Shown: one piece after another, positions 1-9,864 of the stretch
Position numbering within the stretch: the stretch's first letter is position 1
How the letters are laid out: each line of letters starts with the position of its first letter
Assembly: GCA_963804325.1 (NCBI GenBank)
Contig: CAWDPT010000003.1
Span: 84,267 to 148,266, forward strand
Length of the DNA: 64,000 bases
From: an uncultured Acidimicrobiaceae bacterium
GTDB taxonomy: Bacteria > Actinomycetota > Acidimicrobiia > Acidimicrobiales > RAAP-2
Reading direction: 5' to 3'
Made by a program: the position numbers and the translations under genes
The notes under the pieces: generated by a model
Told to the model about the DNA's origin: nothing
Database searches by the model: none
What the model saw: only the letters and a program-made list of their open reading frames with translations

Positions 1-2
1 TG

Positions 3-878
3 CACGCGTGCGGGCACGACGTCCACACGGCCGGACTGCTCGGCATCGCGGACCTCTTGTCGCGTCGCCAAGACGATCTCGCCGGCGAGTTCACGTTGTT
101 GTTCCAGCCGGCCGAAGAGGCATTGGGCGGAGCCGTCGCGATGATCGAGGGCGGAGTGTTGATCGCCAATCCGGTCGATGTCGTCATCGGCGCCCACGTG
201 TCATCGCTCGCACCGCTCGGGTTCGTCGGGACCAAGCCCGGCGTCATGATGAGTGAAGCGGCGTCACTTTCGGTGCACATCAGGGGCAAAGGTGGCCACG
301 GAGCCATGGCGAACGTCGAGGGAAACGTCATTCTCGCCGTGAGCCACCTAGCACCCCGACTGGGCGAGGTCGTCGACGGGCTCTCCTTCGAGGGGACAAA
401 CTGCGCCTGTTCGGCCGGCGTCATCAATGCTGGCACCGCGATGAACGTCGTTCCGCGCCACGCCGTGATGCGAGGGACGCTGCGCACGTTCACACCGGAA
501 CAACATGTCGAGGCGCTCGATCGAATGGACTCTCTACTGCGAGAACTGGAGGCGATGTTCGTCGTCGAGTGCTCGCTGGAGCTTACGGACCTCGCGCCTG
601 CCGTCGTGAACAACGCGGACATCTACGAGCAGGTCATGAAATCGGCCACGAAGGTCGTCGGCGCCAGTGGCGTCATGACGATTCCGCCGTTCACGCCCAG
701 CGACGACGTCTCGGAGTTCTTGAACCGTGTCCCGGGCTGTTACATGTTCATAGGCGGTGCCAATGACGACGGATCGAGTGGCATGCACCACAGTCCGGAC
801 TTTCAAGTGCAAGACGGCGCCTGTCGGATCCTCGCGGGCGTGCTCGCGCAGAGCGCGGTCGACCTAGCTCAACTGTAA
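3..878 (+). CDS. M20 family amidohydrolase (5'-truncated by window edge)
   Basis: The frame from nt 3 reads HACGHDVH, followed by FQPAEE, GKGGHGA and HHSPDF motifs of M20D amidohydrolases. Confidence 0.9.
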   Translation, partial: HACGHDVHTAGLLGIADLLSRRQDDLAGEFTLLFQPAEEALGGAVAMIEGGVLIANPVDVVIGAHVSSLAPLGFVGTKPGVMMSEAASLSVHIRGKGGHGAMANVEGNVILAVSHLAPRLGEVVDGLSFEGTNCACSAGVINAGTAMNVVPRHAVMRGTLRTFTPEQHVEALDRMDSLLRELEAMFVVECSLELTDLAPAVVNNADIYEQVMKSATKVVGASGVMTIPPFTPSDDVSEFLNRVPGCYMFIGGANDDGSSGMHHSPDFQVQDGACRILAGVLAQSAVDLAQL

Positions 879-1630
879 AAAAGCTTGGCTGCCCCGCGAA
901 TGGAGGCCTGGTTGCCGTTGATCACCACGCGATAGGCCGCGTCATCGAACAGCGTCGGCGTCACCCGTCGCGCGTTGCCGCCAGCCAAGTGGACGGTCGT
1001 CGCACCGAACTCGCGAACGAACCCGTCGACGGCCATGACCAGCAACTCGCCCCAATGTTCCTCGTCCATCGATCGCGAGTGCTCGCCGATCGTCTGGTCG
1101 TAGGTCTTGCCGCGCACGAAGACTTCGGCGCCGACGTCGCGGATCTTGCGCAGCGTGCCGTCAATCGCGAGGGCGATCCCGAGACCGGTGCCCAGCGTGA
1201 GTACCAGTTCGACGCCGTGGCCGTCGATTGAACCGAGGGCGGCCAAGGTGGCGTCGTTGACGATGCGCACGTCTCGACCGGTCGCCTTGCAGAGTTCGTC
1301 TTGGAGCGCGAAGCCTTGCCACTGGGCCTCGAGATCGGGATCGACCTCGGTCGTGACCCCACCGGGTCGCGAGAGATTGCCCGGACGCACGACGTGACCG
1401 TCGATGAACTCACCGGGAAAGCCGATGCCGACGCGTGGGCACGCACTGCCTTCGATCCTCTCGTCCAGCGCCTCGATGAGACGTTCCGGTGAGCACGGGT
1501 ACGGCGTGGGACGTCGCCGTACGCCTTCAAGGAGTTCGCCGTGGATGTCGACGTGACAGAACTTGACGTTCGTGGCGCCAATATCGACCGCCAAAATCTG
1601 ATCTTGCACGGGGGTTCGCGGTGGCGCCAT
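869..1630 (-). CDS. ROK family sugar kinase (polyphosphate glucokinase-like)
   Basis: Motifs AVDIGATNVK, GIGFPG, NDATLAALG and LTLGTGLG. Confidence 0.8.
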   Translation of the reverse strand: MAPPRTPVQDQILAVDIGATNVKFCHVDIHGELLEGVRRRPTPYPCSPERLIEALDERIEGSACPRVGIGFPGEFIDGHVVRPGNLSRPGGVTTEVDPDLEAQWQGFALQDELCKATGRDVRIVNDATLAALGSIDGHGVELVLTLGTGLGIALAIDGTLRKIRDVGAEVFVRGKTYDQTIGEHSRSMDEEHWGELLVMAVDGFVREFGATTVHLAGGNARRVTPTLFDDAAYRVVINGNQASIRGAAKLFYS

Positions 1631-1643
1631 CAGGAAATGCTAG

Positions 1644-2804
1644 TTAGTGCTCGCGCACGCCCCGGACGCGAAGACGTCGATCGCTCCACCACGGTTGCAA
1701 ACGAACCGGGTAGGCGGGTCGGTGACCGGCGATGACGGTACCTGTTCCGGGTGGCCGCTGGCGAAGTGGCACCGGCGGAGGCGCGTCCTTCACAGTCTCG
1801 AACAGCTCGGGGAGAAACTGCGACGCCGTCGGGTCGGCCAGGCCGCCCAAGACCAATCGAGTGGTGTGATTGTTCACGATGGTCGAGGCCCGCGGACCCC
1901 ACCGCGCCTTCAGTTGGGAGAAGTCCTGCAAAACCGTCACCAGCGTGACGTCCAGACCGCTGACCGTTGAGGCCATCTGATCGAGCTCGTCGAGCGAGGC
2001 GACGGTGGCGGCCTCGTCGAGGACCAGGAGCAGTCGTCGCTGGCTTCGCAGCTCGACCAGGCGCTGTTGCTCTTCCAACACCATTCGCAACGCGCCTCGG
2101 AAGAGGGGCTCGTAGTGGCGCTGTTCCCCGCGTGGGCTGCAGAGATACAGCGTGTTCGGTCCGTCGACGACCGATCGAACATTCGCCAGCGGCTGACGAA
2201 ATCGCCACGGCATCAACATCGTCTCGGCCGTCGTGAGCACGCCGTCAATGGTTCGGTGTTCGTGCGTCAAGAATGCCTCGAGGACATCGCCGGCCTCGCT
2301 GTGTCCGGGGGCGTCGAGCCACGGATCGAAGTTGCGAGTCTCGATTGCGCGCGCCACGTCGAAAACGTCGCGCGAACGTTGGAACGCCAACATGAGCAGG
2401 GCGCCCACGACCTTGGTCGCGAGTGAGTTCCAGAATTCGGTCTCACCGCGCTCGGCCGGTCCGCTCGTCAAGTCGCGCGCGACGCGAAGGGCGTGACGAA
2501 GTGTCCGTACGCCCTCGAGCGGGTTCCACGTCAACCCACCGTCACGGCCCGGCTCGAGGACCTGGACCTCACCCACCGTCGCGCGCCAGTCCCTGGTGGT
2601 CGCGATGACGTCGTTCTTGACACTCGTCACGACCAGCGCGTCGCCCCAGCGGAGCAATGCCGGTATGACGAGTGACGAGGTCTTGCCGACTTGGGTCGGG
2701 CCGACGATGAGCAGCGAACTGCGCGCCGCGAGTCGAACGCGCGGTCCGTACGCGACGCCATGAAAACTCCGACGTCCGAGCGTCGGGCGATCATTCGTCG
2801 ACAT
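1644..2804 (-). CDS. VirD4/TraG-like type IV coupling protein
   Basis: Walker A GPTQVGKT, VVTSVKND, Walker B LLLVLDEAA and LQDFSQLKARWG. ATG 2804 (MSTND) overlaps the end of the upstream ATPase gene. Confidence 0.8.
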   Translation of the reverse strand: MSTNDRPTLGRRSFHGVAYGPRVRLAARSSLLIVGPTQVGKTSSLVIPALLRWGDALVVTSVKNDVIATTRDWRATVGEVQVLEPGRDGGLTWNPLEGVRTLRHALRVARDLTSGPAERGETEFWNSLATKVVGALLMLAFQRSRDVFDVARAIETRNFDPWLDAPGHSEAGDVLEAFLTHEHRTIDGVLTTAETMLMPWRFRQPLANVRSVVDGPNTLYLCSPRGEQRHYEPLFRGALRMVLEEQQRLVELRSQRRLLLVLDEAATVASLDELDQMASTVSGLDVTLVTVLQDFSQLKARWGPRASTIVNNHTTRLVLGGLADPTASQFLPELFETVKDAPPPVPLRQRPPGTGTVIAGHRPAYPVRLQPWWSDRRLRVRGVREH

Positions 2805-3975
2805 CGGCAATCCGCATCGCGCGGTCCGTGTCGATGAAGGCGCTGTCGCGTCCATCCGGACGTACCCGGACGATCGAGCGATATGCGCCGTAGCGCACGA
2901 GCGCGGCGCCCTTCGGCAGCGCCGAGAGATAGCGTTCTTCGCGGCGGTGCAGTCCCAGGGCGACGGCCATCTCTCGGGCCTCGTCGGGCGGTTGGCGAAA
3001 GAGCCACGCGGTCTCGCACTCTCGGAGCAGGCCCTGCGCGCGCTCGCGATCGGCCGAACCGGCGTCACCGACGGCCGCGATGTCGCTCCAGCGATGCAAG
3101 ACCAACACGTGACTGAGGCCCTTGGCGCGCGCCAACTTCCACGAGCCGCGCAACCAACGCAGCGCGTGCGGATCGGCCAGTAAGGACCACGCCTCGTCGA
3201 CGACGAGGTAACCCAGTTCGCTCTCGAGTGCGACGACCTGTTGGGCCGCCGCCACCGCGCTCAACGCGGCGACCGGGAACGAGTTCGACGACCACTGAGC
3301 GGAGAGATCCAGCACGACGAGTTGACCACCGAACTCCATCGGATCGTCGTCACCGTCGAACAGACCCGCGAGGTCACCGTGGATGAATCGATACAACGTC
3401 AACGCGAGGCTGCGCTCCGGTGTCGCCGACACGGACGCCAGATGCTCACGAACGAGCTCAAAGAGTGCCCGCAGCACACGCCGGGGCCGCGGACTGTCCA
3501 GCTGTTGCCACACTTCATCGATGACGTAGTGCTGATCGCTCTTCAGCGCGACACCCTGCGCACTGGCGACGAGCGCGCGCAACAGATCGCGACTCTCGCG
3601 GTCGTTCGTCGGAAATGGGCTGCACCAACCGTCGCGACCGAGCGCGACCACGTCGACGCCGTAGGAGTGCGCCAACGGTGCGTACTCACCTTTCGGATCG
3701 AGGATGACCGCCCGGCGACCACGTTCGAGCGCGCGATCGAGCATCATCTTCACGACGGTGCTCTTGCCCGCCCCAATGGAACCGGCCACTATCACGTTGG
3801 GGTTCGACAACAGACCCGATGAATAGGCGTCGAAGGGATCGAGGACGAACGGCCCGCCGCGCTGTGTCTCGCCCAGGTTGCGTCCGGCCAGTCCGGTCCC
3901 CGCATCGTGGGCCGGCACCATCAGTCCGGTGAGATCTCGTGACGTCGCCCAGTGGGTCCAAGAACGACTCACCAT
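2791..3975 (-). CDS. VirB4-like conjugation/T4SS ATPase
   Basis: Walker A GSIGAGKS, ILDPKGEY, Walker B LVVDEAW and KLARAKG. The start overlaps the upstream stop. Confidence 0.85.
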   Translation of the reverse strand: MVSRSWTHWATSRDLTGLMVPAHDAGTGLAGRNLGETQRGGPFVLDPFDAYSSGLLSNPNVIVAGSIGAGKSTVVKMMLDRALERGRRAVILDPKGEYAPLAHSYGVDVVALGRDGWCSPFPTNDRESRDLLRALVASAQGVALKSDQHYVIDEVWQQLDSPRPRRVLRALFELVREHLASVSATPERSLALTLYRFIHGDLAGLFDGDDDPMEFGGQLVVLDLSAQWSSNSFPVAALSAVAAAQQVVALESELGYLVVDEAWSLLADPHALRWLRGSWKLARAKGLSHVLVLHRWSDIAAVGDAGSADRERAQGLLRECETAWLFRQPPDEAREMAVALGLHRREERYLSALPKGAALVRYGAYRSIVRVRPDGRDSAFIDTDRAMRIADVDE

Positions 3976-5030
3976 CCCGGGGCGCCGGGCAGTTGGGCGC
4001 AGTACCACGCGCTCTGTCGACCGAGTCCCGCCTCACAGCGCAGCCCGGACTCGAGGGCGCTGCGGGTCACCGCCTTGACGTCGCGTTGGAGTTCCTGCAA
4101 CGACACCGATCGGATGACGACGAATACCGCGATCCGCAGCAACGCGGCTCCTTCGACGATCAAGGACTCTCGTTGGCGAAGACGTTCGAGCATATGCGTC
4201 GACTGCGCCGTGCGACGAAATCCGGCCGCGCGCGACGTGACGTCATCACTTCCGACGCGATGGACCGCTCGAGCCGCGAGACGATGCGCGCGGACGCCGC
4301 CCACGACATCGACATGGACGACGACGTCCAGCGTTGGAGACGCGAACTGCAAACGCTCGAGCAACGCGTGCCCATCCGGCACGGCACTGAAGTCGCGAAC
4401 CCGCAGCACACGCGCCACCCCGGTCGCGTTGCGCACGTACGACCAACGCTCCAACAGCCACGCGACGCTATTGCTTCCGCCCGCCGCGTCGGCGGCCAGA
4501 TCGGTGTTCTCGGTCCATCCCGACGGTGGCGTCACATCCGTGGGGACGACCAACAACGTCGCGACGGCCTTCGGTGACGAGCGCACGTGCAGCGAGAAGT
4601 GGCGCGTCTCGTCCGCAGTGGCCATGGCGTCGGCGAAGTCCGCCAGCGCCAGCGCGTTCTGTTGATCCCGCCCCGAGAGATCGAGCCGACCTCGATGCTG
4701 CAGTTCGAAAGCTCGCGTCGTCGCATCGCCGTGGGCTACCACTGTCAGCGCTCCCCGACGAATCGACGTTCGAGTTGACGTCCAGCGCGAGCGAACTCCG
4801 AAGTTAATGCCAATGCGCACGCGCTCTCCAACGGTGAGACCGTCGCTCGTCGGAGCCGCGCAACCCAACAGCGTGACACCCATCACCACTTCGATCACCG
4901 CACCGTGCGATTGCGTGATCCACTCGCCGATGAGCCCGACACCGGCGATCGCGAGAGCGGCCTGATGACGCCGAACACCGATCCAACGACTCTCGCCGTC
5001 GGCGACGCCCAGTCCGAGGAGATCACTCAT
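3969..5030 (-). CDS. PrgI/SCO6880-like T4SS membrane component
   Basis: N-terminal hydrophobic pair; the C-terminus (GLGRQSAWYCAQLPG) resembles the SCO6880 family; located between the VirB6-like and VirB4-like genes. Confidence 0.6.
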   Translation of the reverse strand: MSDLLGLGVADGESRWIGVRRHQAALAIAGVGLIGEWITQSHGAVIEVVMGVTLLGCAAPTSDGLTVGERVRIGINFGVRSRWTSTRTSIRRGALTVVAHGDATTRAFELQHRGRLDLSGRDQQNALALADFADAMATADETRHFSLHVRSSPKAVATLLVVPTDVTPPSGWTENTDLAADAAGGSNSVAWLLERWSYVRNATGVARVLRVRDFSAVPDGHALLERLQFASPTLDVVVHVDVVGGVRAHRLAARAVHRVGSDDVTSRAAGFRRTAQSTHMLERLRQRESLIVEGAALLRIAVFVVIRSVSLQELQRDVKAVTRSALESGLRCEAGLGRQSAWYCAQLPGAPGW

Positions 5031-6132
5031 CGAAGTGCCAGCCGACGACCGGACCTTTGTCGTCCGTGCGGTACGCCACGTGGCCGCCGCGTGGTGTCGG
5101 TGTACCGATCGGTGGCGGCAACTTCACGCCGGTCGATTCGGGCATCGGTGTCTCGGGTCCCCCTTCCCACATCCCGAGTCCGAGGTCCTCGGGCCGTTCC
5201 TCGGGACCGGTGAAGGGAACATCGGGCTTCATCGCACGCACCGCTTGGGCGACCGGCGACGAGGGGATATTCGTCACCGTTTTCGTGAGTCGCGACCGAA
5301 CACCTTCGAGATTGTGCAGTGCGGCCGTCTCCACGAACGGGATCACCTTCAGGAGCAAGAACGGTGAGGAACTCGCCAGAATCAAGGTGAGGGCGCCGGT
5401 AATAACTTGCGTCGCCGAGTCGCCGAGTAGTTCATCGAATCCGAGCGCGAGCGTTATCACGATGAGGAGCTTGCTAATAGCGACGGCGAGGAACGTCTCG
5501 GCCAAACGCCAGCCCAAGCGACGGCCCGCGGGGAACGTCGCGAGTGGCACGATCACCGGCACCAGCACCAGCAATAGTGTCAAGATGACGCCACGAACGA
5601 TGAGTTCACACCATAAGAGCCACGACCCAATCACGACGGCGACGGCCAATACGAAAAGGGCGAATGCCGGTGCCGCCGCCGCGACGTTTCCCAACTCACC
5701 AACGAGTTGGGCCTGGCGATCGAGGACGCTGGAGGAGGCGCTCGATGAGAGTTGGTTCACCGACTCGAGGATGAGCTGGGCGAACGGTCGCGCGACGAAG
5801 ATCGCCAGGACGCACGCCGGAGCGACGCCGAGATAGACGCGCCAGAGCGACGCGGCGTCGCCGTGACGAACGGCCTGCAGCGTCGCCACCAGTAGCCCGA
5901 TCATCAATAGGCCGGGCGAAAGATTCACGAGCACGTTGAACTCCGTCGTCGCCGAACGGATGATGGTGGTCGGCTCGGACGCTGACGTGAGCACGGCACC
6001 CGCCGCCGTAAGGAACCACCCCACGCTATTGAGCACCCAACTGGTCAAGGTGTTGAAGAAACCGCCGACCACCGTGTTCGTCACCGAGTGCGTCACACAA
6101 CTGAGCGGATGAAGAAAGCAGCCGAAGTGCAC
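5023..6132 (-). CDS. VirB6/TrbL-like polytopic T4SS membrane protein
   Basis: About 6-7 hydrophobic segments and LLWCELIVRGVIL; Pro-rich tail. GTG 6132 overlaps the pilin stop codon. Confidence 0.7.
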   Translation of the reverse strand: MHFGCFLHPLSCVTHSVTNTVVGGFFNTLTSWVLNSVGWFLTAAGAVLTSASEPTTIIRSATTEFNVLVNLSPGLLMIGLLVATLQAVRHGDAASLWRVYLGVAPACVLAIFVARPFAQLILESVNQLSSSASSSVLDRQAQLVGELGNVAAAAPAFALFVLAVAVVIGSWLLWCELIVRGVILTLLLVLVPVIVPLATFPAGRRLGWRLAETFLAVAISKLLIVITLALGFDELLGDSATQVITGALTLILASSSPFLLLKVIPFVETAALHNLEGVRSRLTKTVTNIPSSPVAQAVRAMKPDVPFTGPEERPEDLGLGMWEGGPETPMPESTGVKLPPPIGTPTPRGGHVAYRTDDKGPVVGWHFDE

Positions 6133-6416
6133 TAGCGGACGCTGAGACCGGTGTTGAAGAAGAAGTTGATCAGCGTCGGAGCCGCGCCGATGAGGACCGC
6201 CGCGACGAGTGAAGTGAGCACCGCTCGACGTCCCTGTGAGGATTGGTGCATGTTCTGCGTGTGACTGCCCACGGCCCACAACGCCGCACCGAGCAGTAGA
6301 GCGACCAGGGCGCCGATCAGGGCCCAGGCGGCAATTCCGTTGGCCAACTGCTGCAGCGCGGCGCTGCCGGGCAACGCGCTCGTTGAAGGGGTGAGGGTCA
6401 CATTGGCCAACTGCAT
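6132..6416 (-). CDS. VirB2/TrbC-like pilin (DUF6112-like)
   Basis: 94 aa with LPGSAALQQL followed by two TM helices around GRRAVL; first gene of the operon. Confidence 0.75.
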   Translation of the reverse strand: MQLANVTLTPSTSALPGSAALQQLANGIAAWALIGALVALLLGAALWAVGSHTQNMHQSSQGRRAVLTSLVAAVLIGAAPTLINFFFNTGLSVR

Positions 6417-6516
6417 GGTGTTCTCGCTTTCGAAGGGTGAGCCCAACGGTCGCTGGCGCGACCCTCGAGGCTTTGTCTGCGAGAATGGGATCGTGCTCGT
6501 CGCGGTTGCCCACAAT

Positions 6517-7788
6517 GTGATTTCCAAGTGGCCACCGGCTGCCCTCTACGGCGCCGGCGCGGGCGTCCTCATCGTCGGGCTCCTCATCGGCGTGGTGATC
6601 AACCGTCAGCGCGGACATCGCGCCATCGCCCAGCGACTGATGGCGTTGGCCTCTCGGCTCGGCGTCGAGCCCCACGACGACAACGGCAAGGTCGAAACGG
6701 CACTCAGTTTCCTGGAGGAGGCGACCGGGGTCGCTGGCACGGCGGTCTCGGAGTCGAGCGCCGACGCGGCGCGACTTCGCCAGTCCATGGACTCGCTCCC
6801 CCTCGGGCTCGTCCTGTGCGACGAGAGTGGCGGTGTCATCTTTCGAAACTCCCAGGCCGAGGCGTTAATGACGAGTCGCTACGGCGACGCCATCGCCGCC
6901 CAGGCGGTCACTGACGTCCTGGCCGAAGGGTGGTCCAACGGCGTCGCGGAACGTACGGTCGACATCTACGGACCGCCGCGTCGGACCCTCACCATTCGCG
7001 CCGCCGTCATCGACGACGGTCGACGACCACTGGGTGTCCTCGCCATCATTGAAGACGTCTCGGAACGTCGCCGTCTCGAAGACATCCGTCGTGACTTCAT
7101 CGCCAACGTGTCGCACGAGTTGAAGACACCGATGGGCGCCCTCGGCCTGCTCGCCGAGACGCTGTTGTTCGAGAACGACCCGTCGGTCGCCCATCGATTG
7201 GCCGAGCGCATCAACAACGAGGCCTTCCGCGTCAATCGCATCATCGAGGACCTCCTCGACCTTTCACGCATCGAGGGCGAAGGGTCCCCGACGCGCGAAC
7301 CGATTCCCGTCGTGCTGATCGTCGCGGACGCCATCGAACGCATCCGCGTCGCCGCCGAGCAACACGACGTCAAGCTCGACTTCGTGGAGCCGGAGGCCAA
7401 TCTCGTCGTCGTCGGCGATCGTCGGCAGTTGATCTCCGCCATCCACGCGCTGCTGGAGAACGCGGTCGTGTACTCATCACGGGGCGGCCTCGTAAGCATC
7501 ACCATCGATCGCATCGAAGCCACGGTCACCGACGACGGTGAAAGCGTCGGTCCCCTCGCGTTGATCGCGATCAAGGACCAGGGCGTGGGTATCCCGGCGA
7601 AGGACCTTGAGCGGATCTTCGAACGTTTCTATCGCGTCGATCCCGGCCGGGCCCGCGAGACCGGTGGTACGGGCCTCGGACTAAGCATCGTTCGTCACGT
7701 CGCACAGAATCACGGCGGCAACGTCCTGGTCGAGTCTCGTGAGGGCGAAGGTTCGACGTTCACCCTCGAACTTCCGATGCCCCACTGA
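6517..7788 (+). CDS. senX3: Sensor histidine kinase SenX3/PhoR-like
   Basis: N-terminal TM, PAS-like region, H-box ANVSHELKTP, N/G/F boxes and GGTGLGLSIV. Start placed at GTG 6517 (inferred). Confidence 0.8.
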   Translation: MISKWPPAALYGAGAGVLIVGLLIGVVINRQRGHRAIAQRLMALASRLGVEPHDDNGKVETALSFLEEATGVAGTAVSESSADAARLRQSMDSLPLGLVLCDESGGVIFRNSQAEALMTSRYGDAIAAQAVTDVLAEGWSNGVAERTVDIYGPPRRTLTIRAAVIDDGRRPLGVLAIIEDVSERRRLEDIRRDFIANVSHELKTPMGALGLLAETLLFENDPSVAHRLAERINNEAFRVNRIIEDLLDLSRIEGEGSPTREPIPVVLIVADAIERIRVAAEQHDVKLDFVEPEANLVVVGDRRQLISAIHALLENAVVYSSRGGLVSITIDRIEATVTDDGESVGPLALIAIKDQGVGIPAKDLERIFERFYRVDPGRARETGGTGLGLSIVRHVAQNHGGNVLVESREGEGSTFTLELPMPH

Positions 7789-8516
7789 TGGCCAAGAAGC
7801 ACGCGAACGACAAACGAGTCAACATCTTGCTCGTCGAGGATGAGGAGTCATTCGTCGACGCGTTGACGATCGGACTCGACCGCGAGGGATTCGACGTCGC
7901 CATTGCTCGTGACGGTCAACAGGCGATGGCCCTCTTCGGGGCAGAGACCTTTGACCTCGTTCTGCTCGATCTCATGTTGCCCAAGATGTCGGGGCTCGAC
8001 GTCTGTCGCCAGATGCGTGCGATCAGCGAGGTGCCCATCATCATCGTGAGCGCCAAGGGTGAAGAGGTCGACATGGTGCTCATGCTCGAAATCGGCGCCG
8101 ACGACTATGTCACGAAGCCCTACCGACTCCGCGAACTCGTCGCGCGCATCCGCGCGGTGTTGCGGCGTCGAGAGACCCACGAGAACGTGCCGGCGTCGGA
8201 CGACGAGATCCAACTCGGACCGATTCGCATGGATATCGACGCACGCCGGTGCTACGTCAACGGCGAAGAGATCAAGCTCCGAAAGAAGGAGTTCGCCCTG
8301 TTGCGACTCCTGCTCGAGAATCCCGGTCGGGTCTTGACCCGCGAAGTACTGATCGATCGGATCTGGGGCAGTGACTACGTCGGAGACACCAAGACCCTCG
8401 ACGTGCACATCAAGCGCCTGCGCACCTTGATCGAGGACAATCCGAAGAACCCCGAACACATCACGACGGTGCGCGGCGTCGGCTATCGCTACGAGGCTAC
8501 GAAGTCTTCGGCCTGA
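7788..8516 (+). CDS. regX3: OmpR-family response regulator RegX3
   Basis: LLVEDEES, DLMLP and the RegX3-typical IWGSDYVGDTKTLDVHIKRLR. Confidence 0.88.
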   Translation: MAKKHANDKRVNILLVEDEESFVDALTIGLDREGFDVAIARDGQQAMALFGAETFDLVLLDLMLPKMSGLDVCRQMRAISEVPIIIVSAKGEEVDMVLMLEIGADDYVTKPYRLRELVARIRAVLRRRETHENVPASDDEIQLGPIRMDIDARRCYVNGEEIKLRKKEFALLRLLLENPGRVLTREVLIDRIWGSDYVGDTKTLDVHIKRLRTLIEDNPKNPEHITTVRGVGYRYEATKSSA

Positions 8517-9804
8517 TCGTTCGCAGATCGCCCATGTAGGGCGCGAGCACGTCGGGCAACACCACCGAGCCGTCTTCTTGGCGATACGTCTCGATCAGCG
8601 CGGCCCATATTCGAGCCCACCCGAGCGCCGAGCCGTTCACCGTGTGCACCAACGCGGTCGTCCCCTCGCTCGTGCGATAGCGCACGTGCGCGCGCCGTGC
8701 CTGGTAGTCACGGAACCAACTCACCGAGGAGACCTCGAGCCAGCGGTCGACACCGGGGCTGAAGACTTCGAGGTCGATCGTGCGCGCCGACGAGGTGCCG
8801 AGGTCGCCGGTGCAGAGGTTCAAGAGTCGGTACGTCAGGCCCAGTTCCTGCAAGAGACTCTCGGCGCGCGCGAGGATGTCGTCGAAGGCGGCCGGGCCTT
8901 GCTCCGGCGTGCAGTAGGCGAAGAGTTCGACCTTGTCGAATTCGTGCACGCGCAAAACGCCGCGAGTATCGCGACCGGCCGCACCCGACTCGCGACGAAA
9001 GCACGCCGTTTCGGCACAGAGTCGAATTGGCAGACTCGCCTCGTCCAGAATCTCGTTCGCGTGCATCGAGGTCAGCGGCACCTCTGCCGTCGGAATCGCC
9101 CAGAGCCCGTCGCGCTCGATGCTGTACATATCGTCGACGGATTTGGGCAGGTGACCGGTCGACATCATGGTCGCCGTCAAGGCGAACGTCGGCGGGTGGA
9201 TCTCCTCGTAGTCACGGGCGTTGCGGTCGAGCGAGAGGGCACTCAGCGAGCGGATCAAACGTGAACCCGCGCCCCGGTAGAGCGGGAACATCGAACCCGC
9301 GATTCGCGCACCGGACTCGAGGTCCAGGATGCCGAGTTCCAGCGCCGCGTCCCAGTGCGGGACTTTCTGATGATCGGCGAACTCGGGGAACGGCCGGCCG
9401 GCATCCATCCCCGGCCACCAGCGACGCAGTTCAACGTTGTCGTTTTCGTCAACGCCGTCCGGGACCACAGGGTCCGGGACGTTGGGGATCATCAGGAGTT
9501 CGTCGTTCAACTTGGTTCCCACACGCTCCATGGCCTCGGTCGCCGCGCGCTCCTCTTCGCCCAGCGCCCGGCTCTTCTCGGTCAGCGTGGCGGCCGTGTC
9601 GGTGTCCTTGTCGCGGCGGGCCTCGCCCACGAGTCGGGAGAGGAATTTCACCTCGGCGCGCAGCCGTTCGGCCTCTTGCAACAGCTCGCGGTGCTCGACG
9701 TCGAGGGCGATGACCTCGTCCATCGTCGACGACGAGACACCGCGACGGGCCAACGCGGCCTTCACGAACTCTGGTTCACGACGTAGTTGGACGAGGTCAA
9801 TCAT
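8497..9804 (-). CDS. serS: Seryl-tRNA synthetase
   Basis: N-terminal coiled coil, IPTAEVPLT, FRRESGAAGRDTRG, EVSSVS and HTVNGSALG. Confidence 0.97.
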   Translation of the reverse strand: MIDLVQLRREPEFVKAALARRGVSSSTMDEVIALDVEHRELLQEAERLRAEVKFLSRLVGEARRDKDTDTAATLTEKSRALGEEERAATEAMERVGTKLNDELLMIPNVPDPVVPDGVDENDNVELRRWWPGMDAGRPFPEFADHQKVPHWDAALELGILDLESGARIAGSMFPLYRGAGSRLIRSLSALSLDRNARDYEEIHPPTFALTATMMSTGHLPKSVDDMYSIERDGLWAIPTAEVPLTSMHANEILDEASLPIRLCAETACFRRESGAAGRDTRGVLRVHEFDKVELFAYCTPEQGPAAFDDILARAESLLQELGLTYRLLNLCTGDLGTSSARTIDLEVFSPGVDRWLEVSSVSWFRDYQARRAHVRYRTSEGTTALVHTVNGSALGWARIWAALIETYRQEDGSVVLPDVLAPYMGDLRTIRPKTS

Positions 9805-9864
9805 GACGGCAATCCTAACGAGCACACGAAAGGCGCCCGTCGGAACCGTCTATGTTCAGAGGTC

